Shown here: positions 26,201 through 33,127 of the stretch, piece by piece
How the letters are laid out: each line of letters opens with the position of its first letter
Position numbering within the stretch: the stretch's first letter is position 1
Assembly (NCBI GenBank): GCA_017859655.1
Contig: JAFMMO010000002.1
Location: forward strand, 1 to 48,515
Reading direction: 5' to 3'
Length of the DNA stretch: 48,515 nucleotides
DNA from: Pseudomonadota bacterium
GTDB lineage: Bacteria; Planctomycetota; UBA8108; UBA1146
Notes under the pieces: model-generated
Database searches by the model: none
The model's input: the letters and a program-made list of their open reading frames with translations, nothing else
What the model was told of the DNA's origin: nothing
Made by a program: the position numbers and the translations under genes

Positions 26201-28497
26201 CCGCGGAGGGGAGCGCGCCCCTCACCTACCAGTGGGCCCGGGACGGATTGCCGCTCGACGCATCCGCGAACCCGAGCGCGGCGACCGCGCTCCTCATCAT
26301 CCCGAACACCCTCGCCTCCGACAGCGGGACCTACACCGTCACCGTGACGAACAACTGCGGCTCCGCCACCTCGGCGGGCGCCTCGGTCACGGTGCGCACC
26401 GCCCCCGAGATCACCACCCAGCCGATGGACCAGATCCTCTGCGAGGGTGAGACGATCAACCTGATGGTCGTCTCCTCCGGCACGGCGCCCCTCAGCTACC
26501 AGTGGTGGAAGGATGGGGCTCCGATCTCCGGCGCGACCTCGGCGATGCTCTCCATCCCGGGCGCCCTCGCCGCGGACTCCGGGAGCTACTTCGTGGTCGT
26601 CACGAACGTCTGCGGAACCGACACGAGCGCGGCGGCCGAGGTCACCGTCCGGGTCGCCCCGACGATCACCACCCAGCCTCTCGATCAGACCCTCTGCCTC
26701 GACGATGCCCTGGTGCTCACCGCCGCCGCCGCGGGGACCCTCCCGATCTCCTACCAGTGGGCGAAGGACGGCGCGGATCTCCCAGGCGAGACCGCCTCGA
26801 CCCTGACGATCACCTCGGTGACCGTCGCCGACGCGGGCGTCTACACGGTGACCGCCACGAACGCCTGTGGCTCGGCCACGAGCAACCCGGCGACCGTGGT
26901 CGTCCGGGAGCCGCCCACGATCACCTCCGACCCGACGAACCAGTCGATCTGCCTCGGCGAGACCGCGACCTTCTCCGTCACTGCGACCGGCACGCCGCCG
27001 CTCGAGTACCAGTGGCGGAAGAACAGCGTGGAGCTCCCCGGCGAGACCGCCTCGACCATCGTGATCACTTCGGTCGCGGTCTCGGATGGCGGCGTCTACG
27101 ACTGCGTCGTGACGAACATGTGCGGGACCGAGACGAGCCGGGGCGCGAGCCTCAACGTGCTCCTCCCGCCGACGATCACGGCCCAGCCTCAGGGCGCGGA
27201 TCTCTGCCTGGGTGACGACTACACCCTCGCCGTGACCGCGACCGGCACCGACCCGCTCTCCTACCAGTGGAGGAAGAACGGCGCGGACATCCCGGGGGCG
27301 ACCGGCTCCCAGCTCGTGCTCCTCGACGTCGACACGACCGACAGCGGCAGCTACACCGTCCTCGTCTCGAACCTCTGCGGGGATGCGGTGAGCATGGCCG
27401 CGATCCTGAATGTCCGCACCCCGCGGACGATCACCAGCCAGCCGGTCGGCGGCACGATCTGCCTCGGCGACTCGCTGAGCCTCTCCGTCGCGGTCGACGG
27501 CACCGGGCCGATCAGCTACCAGTGGGCCCTCGACGGAGTCCCGATCCCGGGCGCCACGAGCAGCACCTACTCGGTGGCGGCGGTCGACCTCGCCGATGCG
27601 GGCAACTACACCGTGATGGCGACCAACGTCTGCGGGACCGTGACGAGCATGCCGGCGACGGTGGTGGTCGCGGAGCCCCCGACGATCACCCTCGACTCCC
27701 CCACCGCGGTCACCCTCTGCACGGGCGAGTCGACGACCCTCTCCGCCACCGTCACGGGTTTCGATCCGATCAACCTGACCTGGACCCTCAACGGAGTGCC
27801 GATCCCCGGCGCCGGAGCGTCCAGCTTCACGATCACGAACGCGACCCCGGCCGACGCGGGCACCTACCAGCTCCTCGCCGACAACCTCTGCGGCACCGAT
27901 CAGAGCCCGCCGATCGAGATCACCGTGCGCGTGCCGCCGACGATCACCTCGCAGCCGACCGGTGACGACGAGACCTGCCCCGACGAGGGGATCGACTTCA
28001 CCTTCACCGTCGGCGCGACCGGCAGCGGCCCGCTCTCCTACCAGTGGTTCTTCAACGGCGCTCCGATCAGCGGCGCCAACTCGAGCAGCTACACGATCTT
28101 CAACGTGGTCGAGGATGACTACGGCGCCTACACCGTCGAGGTCTCGAACGACTGCGGCTCGGTGACCAGCCAGACCGCGCTCCTCGAGGACCCCGCCTTC
28201 GGCATCTGCGAGACCCCGTTCGAGCGGGGCGACTGCAACGCCGACGGCCACATGGACATGGCGGACGGGATCTACATCATGCGCTTCAGCTTCCAGGGCT
28301 TCGCGCCCCCGGGATGCCTCGACGCGTGCGATCACAACGACGACGGGCTCGTCGATGTGGCGGACTCGATCTGGGCGCTGACCTACATCTTCCTCGGCGG
28401 GAACGCGCCGCTCGCGCCCTTCGGAGCCTGTGGCTTCGACGAGACGCTCGACGAGGTCGACTGTGAGTTCTTCCCGCCGTGCGAGACCGCCCCCTGA
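23287..28497 (+). CDS. Giant secreted protein (1736 aa): N-terminal region of about 340 aa, 15 tandem Ig-like repeats, and a C-terminal dockerin-like calcium-loop module
   Basis: ATG follows GGAGAAGGAG. Signal peptide MRTPVVSGRKTLIWMLLTLLLGGTLHA. Repeat consensus: PP.I...P.D.TLCEG..L.L.V.A.GS.PL.YQW.K.G..I.GA.SS.Y.I.....SD.G.YTV.V.N.CG...S..A.V.VR. The C-terminus has two D-x-N-x-D-G loops (DCNADGHMD, DHNDDGLVD). Confidence 0.9.
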   Translation: MRTPVVSGRKTLIWMLLTLLLGGTLHAIDVPVSIDFDLENREAGSLIESVNGTNDGTALVGPIGVRGTRPGDARNAAVLHHSALSSGPASDLGTPNQAFGGVGVGVGGTLGAAYANQSDLGRILVIADNLVDANGDGLIDQTNDSSLQQLEFEFDFRTITAPFVPHDIRVLSLKVIDTEGPSPGSIQIFDALGNLISATPIVTTGNNGVATQWLGTPGLGVAGAATMKVILNGSAAIDDIDFEMSSAPPPSCDISSPGADHVDVEVGELLSFNLSAMSHEDDLLVEALLMPTGSSSTPGLPAGTTEEDLELEFTVNWTPTADQIGDHEFLFQSSDSLGQSSTCGVLVTVYCNLSIPPFGQPLSKTICEGESVYLSASPLVTQPATYQWQKDGVSIPGANTTNLTLTALGTGDAGDYTLVITNPCGTLTSQAATVTVKSPPSIDQHPSDVTTCEGTDATFSVVASGTSSLYYQWKKDGSSISGANSSTLTLYAVDSSDAGSYSVTVTNDCGHATSYPAQLTVRHPPSISSSPESRTHCVGESTTFHVSAYGSDPLFYQWKKDGNSISGANSSSYTISSVSTSDAGSYTVTVTNDCGSATSYGADLTVRTPPSIDSHPSDQTLCEGQAIQLTVSASGSYSLHYQWKKDGTPIYGATSSTLTIINATASDSGLYTVKVSNDCGNETSYGATVEVRVAPEITTHPMDQTLCEGETLTLTGAASGSHPLHYQWKRNGSPIPGANSATYTVSSAQASDSGYYTLHVSNDCGDAQSYAADVEVRIAPTITDHPSSKTLCEGQMLTLTASASGSEPLHYQWRKNGADLPGENSPNLMIMAVATSDAGSYTLHVSNDCGTAESSAAVVVVRVAPTITSQPTGQTLCEGESLLLSISATGSEPLHYQWHLDGAPIPGATSSTYMVSSVTTADDGVYTASVTNDCGSETSAPADVVIRVAPTISQDPVGGLLCEGDTLTLSVTAEGSAPLTYQWARDGLPLDASANPSAATALLIIPNTLASDSGTYTVTVTNNCGSATSAGASVTVRTAPEITTQPMDQILCEGETINLMVVSSGTAPLSYQWWKDGAPISGATSAMLSIPGALAADSGSYFVVVTNVCGTDTSAAAEVTVRVAPTITTQPLDQTLCLDDALVLTAAAAGTLPISYQWAKDGADLPGETASTLTITSVTVADAGVYTVTATNACGSATSNPATVVVREPPTITSDPTNQSICLGETATFSVTATGTPPLEYQWRKNSVELPGETASTIVITSVAVSDGGVYDCVVTNMCGTETSRGASLNVLLPPTITAQPQGADLCLGDDYTLAVTATGTDPLSYQWRKNGADIPGATGSQLVLLDVDTTDSGSYTVLVSNLCGDAVSMAAILNVRTPRTITSQPVGGTICLGDSLSLSVAVDGTGPISYQWALDGVPIPGATSSTYSVAAVDLADAGNYTVMATNVCGTVTSMPATVVVAEPPTITLDSPTAVTLCTGESTTLSATVTGFDPINLTWTLNGVPIPGAGASSFTITNATPADAGTYQLLADNLCGTDQSPPIEITVRVPPTITSQPTGDDETCPDEGIDFTFTVGATGSGPLSYQWFFNGAPISGANSSSYTIFNVVEDDYGAYTVEVSNDCGSVTSQTALLEDPAFGICETPFERGDCNADGHMDMADGIYIMRFSFQGFAPPGCLDACDHNDDGLVDVADSIWALTYIFLGGNAPLAPFGACGFDETLDEVDCEFFPPCETAP
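24340..28190 (+). repeat. 15 tandem coding repeats, period 255 nt (85 aa), encoding Ig-like domains
   Basis: The Y-Q-W codon triplet starts at 24442, 24697, 24952, 25207, 25462, 25717, 25972, 26227, 26497, 26752, 27007, 27262, 27517, (LTW) 27775 and 28039. Eleven of the fourteen intervals are exactly 255 nt; the other three are 270, 258 and 264. Array boundaries are approximate. Confidence 0.85.
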
Positions 28498-28522
28498 TCA
28501 ACTCTCGAGCATGGATGCGATA

Positions 28523-28564
28523 CGCCCCTCCCACCCTCACGGGCGGGGGGGGCGTTCTGCTTTT
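28523..28564 (+). terminator. Putative intrinsic terminator of the giant gene
   Basis: It lies 26 nt after the stop codon. CGCCCCTCCC (28523-28532) pairs with GGGGGGGGCG (28545-28554) with one G-U wobble. The 12-nt loop can form a further CCC/GGG stem. A T-rich tail TTCTGCTTTT follows at 28555-28564. Confidence 0.55.
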
Positions 28565-28588
28565 CCAGGGGAGAGCCCGGGGTTCCGG

Positions 28589-29473
28589 TCAGCTCTCGAG
28601 AGGGCGGATCCAGATGTTCCGGAAGCGGACCGGATTCCCGTGGTCCTGCAGGCGGATCGGGCCCTCGGTCGAGGGGGCCGCATAGCTCGGAAGGGCGCGA
28701 TGGCGGGTGTCTCCCTGGATCGGGACATCGTGATGGAGCAGGACCCCGTTGTGGAAGACGGTCACCCGCGCGGGCTCGGTCACCGCCCCCTTGTCATCGA
28801 GGCGAGGTGTGTGGAACACGATGTCGTAGGACTGCCACTCCCCGGGCGGACGGGACGCGTTCACCAGGGGGGGCTTCTGTCCGTAGATCGCCCCGCACTG
28901 CCCGTCGGGGTAGGTCGGGTTCTTCCAGGAGTCGAGCAGCTGGACCTCGTAGCGCCCCATGAAGAAGACGCCGCTGTTCCCTCGCCCCTGCGAGCTCCCC
29001 TTCACCTCCGGCGGCGTGCGGAACTCGAGGTGGAGCTGGACATCGCCGAAGGAGTCGCGGGTGGTGATGTCCCCTGTCCCGTTCACCTCCATCGCCCCCT
29101 CGACCAACCTCCACCCGGCCGCATCATCCCGTCCGGTCCACTGGGAGAGGTCGTTCCCATCGAATAGGATCCGCGCGTCGCTCGGAGCCGCCCCCGGGGA
29201 CGGAAGCTGAGGGTGGTCACCCACCAGCACCATCGTCGGCTGGGGGCGACGACCGTCGTGGACATGCCACTGCGTCCCCGGAAGGACGGGAGTGTCGGTG
29301 TAGCCGACCTCGGGGACGACGAGAGGGGCGGTGGTCTTCGCAATCGAGCCCTCGATGGCCGAAGCCTCGACCTGGCCGGCGACCTCGGGCGAAGGAGTCT
29401 CGGGGAGACCGCCGCAACCGACGAGCCCGAGAATCAGCAGACACGAGGCGGACCGGGTGAGGGTGATCGACAT
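28589..29473 (-). CDS. DUF1080 (3-keto-disaccharide hydrolase-like) lipoprotein
   Basis: ATG 29473 follows AAGGAG. Lipobox LILGLVGC. The core is ILFDGNDLSQWTG......W.LVEGAMEV......T...FGD.QLHLEFR....NSGVFFMGRYEVQLLD......IRLQDHGNPVRFRNIWIRPL. Confidence 0.85.
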   Translation of the reverse strand: MSITLTRSASCLLILGLVGCGGLPETPSPEVAGQVEASAIEGSIAKTTAPLVVPEVGYTDTPVLPGTQWHVHDGRRPQPTMVLVGDHPQLPSPGAAPSDARILFDGNDLSQWTGRDDAAGWRLVEGAMEVNGTGDITTRDSFGDVQLHLEFRTPPEVKGSSQGRGNSGVFFMGRYEVQLLDSWKNPTYPDGQCGAIYGQKPPLVNASRPPGEWQSYDIVFHTPRLDDKGAVTEPARVTVFHNGVLLHHDVPIQGDTRHRALPSYAAPSTEGPIRLQDHGNPVRFRNIWIRPLES

Positions 29474-29566
29474 GGGGGGCGCTCCTTTCGGGGGTCGTCG
29501 CATGGTCCCCCACCCTTGCGCCCACTTCAACGGTTCGCCTCCGAGGAGAGACGCAAGGAGCAGGAG

Positions 29567-30067
29567 ATGCCCGACCGGCCGTCACAAGGCAGGGAGCTGA
29601 TCGAGGCGCGGGGACTCATGGCTCACCCGGAGGGAGGCTACTATCGCGAGGTCCACCACAGCTCCCTGAGCGTGTCCCACCCCAGCCGGGAGGTGACCAC
29701 CCCCCGGCCCGCCTCCACGATGATCGAGTTCCTGCTCCTCGCGGGTGAGCCGAGCCGATGGCACCGGGTGAGAACCGAGGAGATCTGGATCCACCTCGCC
29801 GGTGCCCCGCTCACCCACGAGCGCGTGGATGAGGGGCTCCGGGAGCATCAAGGCACGACGTTGGGCCCCGTCCAGGGGGGCTCGCGATCCCATCTCCTGA
29901 TCCCGGGTGGATACTGGCAGGCGGCGCACACCTCAGGTGAGTTCACCCTCAGCGCCTGCATCGTCGCGCCCGGGTTCGAGTTCGAGGACTTCACCCTGTT
30001 GCGCGACGAGCCCGAGCTGGTGGTGAGATTCCGGGAGCGCTTCCCCGAGCGGTCGGAGCTCCTCTAG
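29567..30067 (+). CDS. Cupin-fold protein, DUF985 family
   Basis: ATG 29567 follows AAGGAGCAGGAG. LIEARGLMAHPEGGYYREVHHS...S.IEFLL..G..S.WHRV...EIW.H..G.PL...............L.IPGGYWQAA......TLSACIVAPGFEFEDFTL is the DUF985 pattern. Confidence 0.7.
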   Translation: MPDRPSQGRELIEARGLMAHPEGGYYREVHHSSLSVSHPSREVTTPRPASTMIEFLLLAGEPSRWHRVRTEEIWIHLAGAPLTHERVDEGLREHQGTTLGPVQGGSRSHLLIPGGYWQAAHTSGEFTLSACIVAPGFEFEDFTLLRDEPELVVRFRERFPERSELL

Positions 30068-30888
30068 TCGCGGCGCAGCCAGACCATCTGTCCGGTCCAC
30101 CGCTGCTTGAGCTCCTCCAGCGGCAGCAGACCCCGGCCGCTCGCCGGATCCGCGATGGAGACCTCCCGACCGTCGACGCCGAGGACCACGACCCAGTGAT
30201 CGAGACCGGGTCGCTGGCTCAGTGTGACCGCCACCGGGGCGCCCTGGGAGAGGAGCTGCGGCAGGGTCGCCCGGCTGACCACCGGGGTCCACCGATACCC
30301 GACGAGCCGCAGACGCAGACCACGGATGAGCCGAAGCTCGTCGGTGCCCCGCAGAGAGCTCGACCAGCAGAGCCGGGCCATCTCCTCCTCGGTGCTCGGG
30401 ACGCCGTGGTGATGAAGAAGGGTCACGGCGGCGGCCGGCCCACAGGAGTAATCACTGGTCTGCCGACAGACCCCATCCCGACCGACGACTCCCCCGAGCA
30501 GACCGTAGTCCTCGACCGCGGTGGCGAGGAGATGGTCCGCGCCGAATCCCCAGACCCAGAGGGACACCCCGATCAGGAGTCCGTGCGCGACCCGTGAGCG
30601 AACTCGCGGCGCCGCCATGGCGAAGAGCGCGATCGAGAACGGGGTCGCCCAGAAGGTCCTCAGGAGCGCGTAGCTCTCGGGGGAGAGCGCCCCGATGGCG
30701 ATCAGCCGATACTCGATCTGCGGAGCGAAGACGAGGAGCGCCCGCAGCAGGATGGGGATGAGGCAGAGACCGATGACGAGGAGGGTCACGCGGCGGCTCT
30801 CCGGTCGAACCCGCCAACCGACATAGAGGGCGAAGGTGAAGCAGAGCACTCCGAGAATGGAGAAGAGCCAGCGATCCGACAATTCCAT
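30064..30888 (-). CDS. Polytopic membrane protein with a C-terminal C39-type cysteine peptidase domain (no ABC transporter module)
   Basis: ATG 30888 follows GGAGAGGAG. About 5 N-terminal TM helices. Then CRQTSDYSCGPAAAVTLLHHHGV (oxyanion Gln plus catalytic Cys motif Q-x5-C-G) and LDHWVVVLGVDGREVSIADPASG (the catalytic His and the Asp of the DP motif). Confidence 0.7.
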   Translation of the reverse strand: MELSDRWLFSILGVLCFTFALYVGWRVRPESRRVTLLVIGLCLIPILLRALLVFAPQIEYRLIAIGALSPESYALLRTFWATPFSIALFAMAAPRVRSRVAHGLLIGVSLWVWGFGADHLLATAVEDYGLLGGVVGRDGVCRQTSDYSCGPAAAVTLLHHHGVPSTEEEMARLCWSSSLRGTDELRLIRGLRLRLVGYRWTPVVSRATLPQLLSQGAPVAVTLSQRPGLDHWVVVLGVDGREVSIADPASGRGLLPLEELKQRWTGQMVWLRRD

Positions 30889-31207
30889 CCTGCGTGCTCC
30901 TCTCCGCCCGGCCCGGAGCGGATTGACCGACCTCGCCCGCTCCGAAGACCCCCTCTCATCCAGTCTACGATGGAGATCCCCGAGAGAGCGTCGGCGCCGA
31001 GCTCCCCTCACGCCAGAAGTCCTGCCTCACCTGCAGGTTCTCCCTTTCATCCGGTCTTTCCTGACACTCATGGAGAGGGTGCGCGGCGCGATTGTCGAGA
31101 CGGTACTCTCGGACGAGAGAGGGTCGACAAGCGTCTGCGGCAGGGGAACACCTTTCATCTGTGCGTGAGCCCTCCACCCGTATCCGAGCTCATACCGAAG
31201 GACCAAG

Positions 31208-32500
31208 TTGGCAACCCAGCGTGCCTTTACGATCATCCTGTTCCTTCTCGTCACGACATCGGCGCTGCCCGGTCAGGTGGGCCATGCGCTCCGCGTGATC
31301 GGGGCCAGCGGTCCTTCCGGCGCCACCTGCGAGGGATCGGTGACCATCGATACGCAGACCGAGCTGGTCGGCTGGAACTTCAGTCTCTGCACCACACCGG
31401 GGGAGCTCCGGATCCTGAGCACGATGGATGGAAGCGCTCTCTCCATGACTCTCAACGGCTCGGCTCCCTTCTTCGTCAACAGTGACATTGACGAGGCCGG
31501 AGCGGGGCTGACCTATGGCCTGATTCTCGACGGACTCGGGACCCTGGCCCCCCTCTCTCCCGGGAGTGATCTGGAGATCCTCCGCCTTCTCGTACGCCTC
31601 GATGGACCCCCGGGCTCCACCGCCCCGATGGCGATCTGCGACCTCGGGAACCCTCCGAACCCACCCCTTTTCGTCCCGCCGGGCGGGAGTCAGGAGTTCA
31701 CGCCGGTGACGCAGGACGGCACCTTCACGATCTCCGCTGCAGCCTCCGCGACCCTCCGCGGGGGAGAGACCACGGCGAGCGGTCTCCAGGCCCTCCTCCC
31801 GATCCTGCTCACCCTTGAGGGGAGCGACGGCGTCAAGGGGCTCAGCTTCGGACTCGCACTGGATCCGACGAAACTCATGGCCCAGAGCCTCGAGGTCGGA
31901 GCCGCGCTGCAGGCGATCTCCGGAGGCACCGGGCCCCAGTTCTTCCTGCCCAACCTCGAGCCGATCGGCGGCGGGGGAGTCACGCTGGCCGTCATCATGG
32001 GAACGAACCCGACGCCCGCCCTCCTCTCTCCCGGCGTCGACCTCGAGATCGCTCAGCTCGCGGTGAACATCGCCCTGGGAGCCGTCGGCGAGGCGGTGCC
32101 CGTGAGCTTCTCGAGTCTGCTCGGCGATCCCCCTGTCGCGACGGAGATCGAGGTGAGCGGTCCCCAGGGTGACCTTCTCCTCGAGCCGCAGGTCGCCCCC
32201 GGCCTGATCCATGTGCCCCCTCCACGCTTCAGAAGGGGCGATGCCAACGGAGATGGTCTCTTCAATCTCATGGATGCGATCGACCTCCTCGAGTCGATCT
32301 TCCTGAGCCCGACACCGCCGAGCTGCGGGGATCGACTCGATGTCAATGACGACGGAGCCCTCGGCATCCTGGACGCGGTCGCGCTCCTCACCTGGCTCTA
32401 CCTGAACGGACCCCCGCCGGGGAGCCCCCACCTCGACTGCGGGGAGGATCCCACGCCGGACATCCTCGGCTGCAATCCCGCGGGCAGCTCCTGCCCCTGA
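31208..32500 (+). CDS. Secreted protein with two cohesin-like domains and a C-terminal dockerin-like module
   Basis: TTG start follows GAAGGA. Signal peptide (M)ATQRAFTIILFLLVTTSALPGQ. Two beta-sandwich-like regions carry cohesin-type landmarks (LVGWNFSLC....L.ILS...; VKGLSFGLALDPTKLMAQSLEVGAAL....GVTLAVIMG.....L.PGVDLEIAQLAVNI....GEAVPVSFSS......V..GLIHV). The C-terminal 90 aa is homologous to the tail of the giant protein (RRGDANGDG...DVNDDG...). Confidence 0.6.
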   Translation: MATQRAFTIILFLLVTTSALPGQVGHALRVIGASGPSGATCEGSVTIDTQTELVGWNFSLCTTPGELRILSTMDGSALSMTLNGSAPFFVNSDIDEAGAGLTYGLILDGLGTLAPLSPGSDLEILRLLVRLDGPPGSTAPMAICDLGNPPNPPLFVPPGGSQEFTPVTQDGTFTISAAASATLRGGETTASGLQALLPILLTLEGSDGVKGLSFGLALDPTKLMAQSLEVGAALQAISGGTGPQFFLPNLEPIGGGGVTLAVIMGTNPTPALLSPGVDLEIAQLAVNIALGAVGEAVPVSFSSLLGDPPVATEIEVSGPQGDLLLEPQVAPGLIHVPPPRFRRGDANGDGLFNLMDAIDLLESIFLSPTPPSCGDRLDVNDDGALGILDAVALLTWLYLNGPPPGSPHLDCGEDPTPDILGCNPAGSSCP

Positions 32501-32519
32501 GAAGACGACGCAATGCCGA

Positions 32520-33023
32520 TCACTGCCTGAGCGGGCGCCGGAGAATCGCGGTGCGCTCGACGAGCCCCTCTCCTCCCCCCGCCCGGTAGGGGACCCCGAA
32601 CGTGACCGTGAGGGTGAGAACCTCCGCCCCCCGCTCCACCGAGAAGTCGGTGATCCCGACTCCCAGCGTCTCGCCATTGTGGAGGAGTCGATCCCCAGCG
32701 CGGGTGATCGACCGCTCGCTCCCGAGCACCGCGGCTCCCGACTCCCACCCGGTCACGACCCGATAGCGGAGCCCCTCCCCGGCGCTCGCCTCGATCGAGT
32801 CCGGGTCCGCGAACTCGAGCTCCTGATGGAGTCGGTCCACGGTGCGCAGCACTCGCGCGTCCGCCTCGGCGCCGGCGGTCATCTCCGCCATCACCACCTC
32901 GGAGGAGGTGAAGATCTGGAGGAGGACGAATCCGATCGTCGACATGACGGCGACCACGACCATGACCTCGACGAGGGTGAAGCCTCGCTCGTCTGAAACT
33001 CCCGGTCTGGTTCTGATGACCAT
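32520..33023 (-). CDS. Prepilin-type (type IV pilin / T2SS pseudopilin-like) protein
   Basis: ATG 33023 follows GGAAGGAG. Classical class III signal: 14-aa basic leader MVIRTRPGVSDERG, then FTLVEVMVVVAVMSTIGFVLL (G-F-T-L-x-E motif). Confidence 0.75.
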   Translation of the reverse strand: MVIRTRPGVSDERGFTLVEVMVVVAVMSTIGFVLLQIFTSSEVVMAEMTAGAEADARVLRTVDRLHQELEFADPDSIEASAGEGLRYRVVTGWESGAAVLGSERSITRAGDRLLHNGETLGVGITDFSVERGAEVLTLTVTFGVPYRAGGGEGLVERTAILRRPLRQ

Positions 33024-33127
33024 TGAACGCTCCTTCCCGGCCCCCCCCCGGAGACCCTCATGTGATCCGGACTCGACGCCGCGCGAAGTCCTCGTGGCTC
33101 GACTCCCCCCTGCACCACGGCGAGGAC

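Noticed and set aside
24340-28190. Regular 255-nt repeats considered as a possible CRISPR or satellite array
   Set aside because: The repeats are contiguous with no spacers. They are in-frame within one ORF, diverge at the protein level in an Ig-domain pattern, and are far longer than CRISPR repeats. No cas genes are in the window.
28225-28233. An R-G-D tripeptide at the start of both C-terminal modules (also at 32234-32242), considered as an integrin-binding adhesion motif
   Set aside because: The Gly-Asp is part of the first calcium-loop motif (G-D-x-N-x-D-G) of the dockerin-like repeat. Its conservation is explained by that motif, and nothing indicates a eukaryotic host context.
25126-28335. 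A 1069-aa minus-strand ORF across the Ig-repeat array
   Set aside because: It is antisense to the giant gene. Its composition is dominated by R, G, D, V and A, as expected for the reverse frame of GC3-rich coding sequence. It is periodic only because it mirrors the sense repeats, and it has no motifs.
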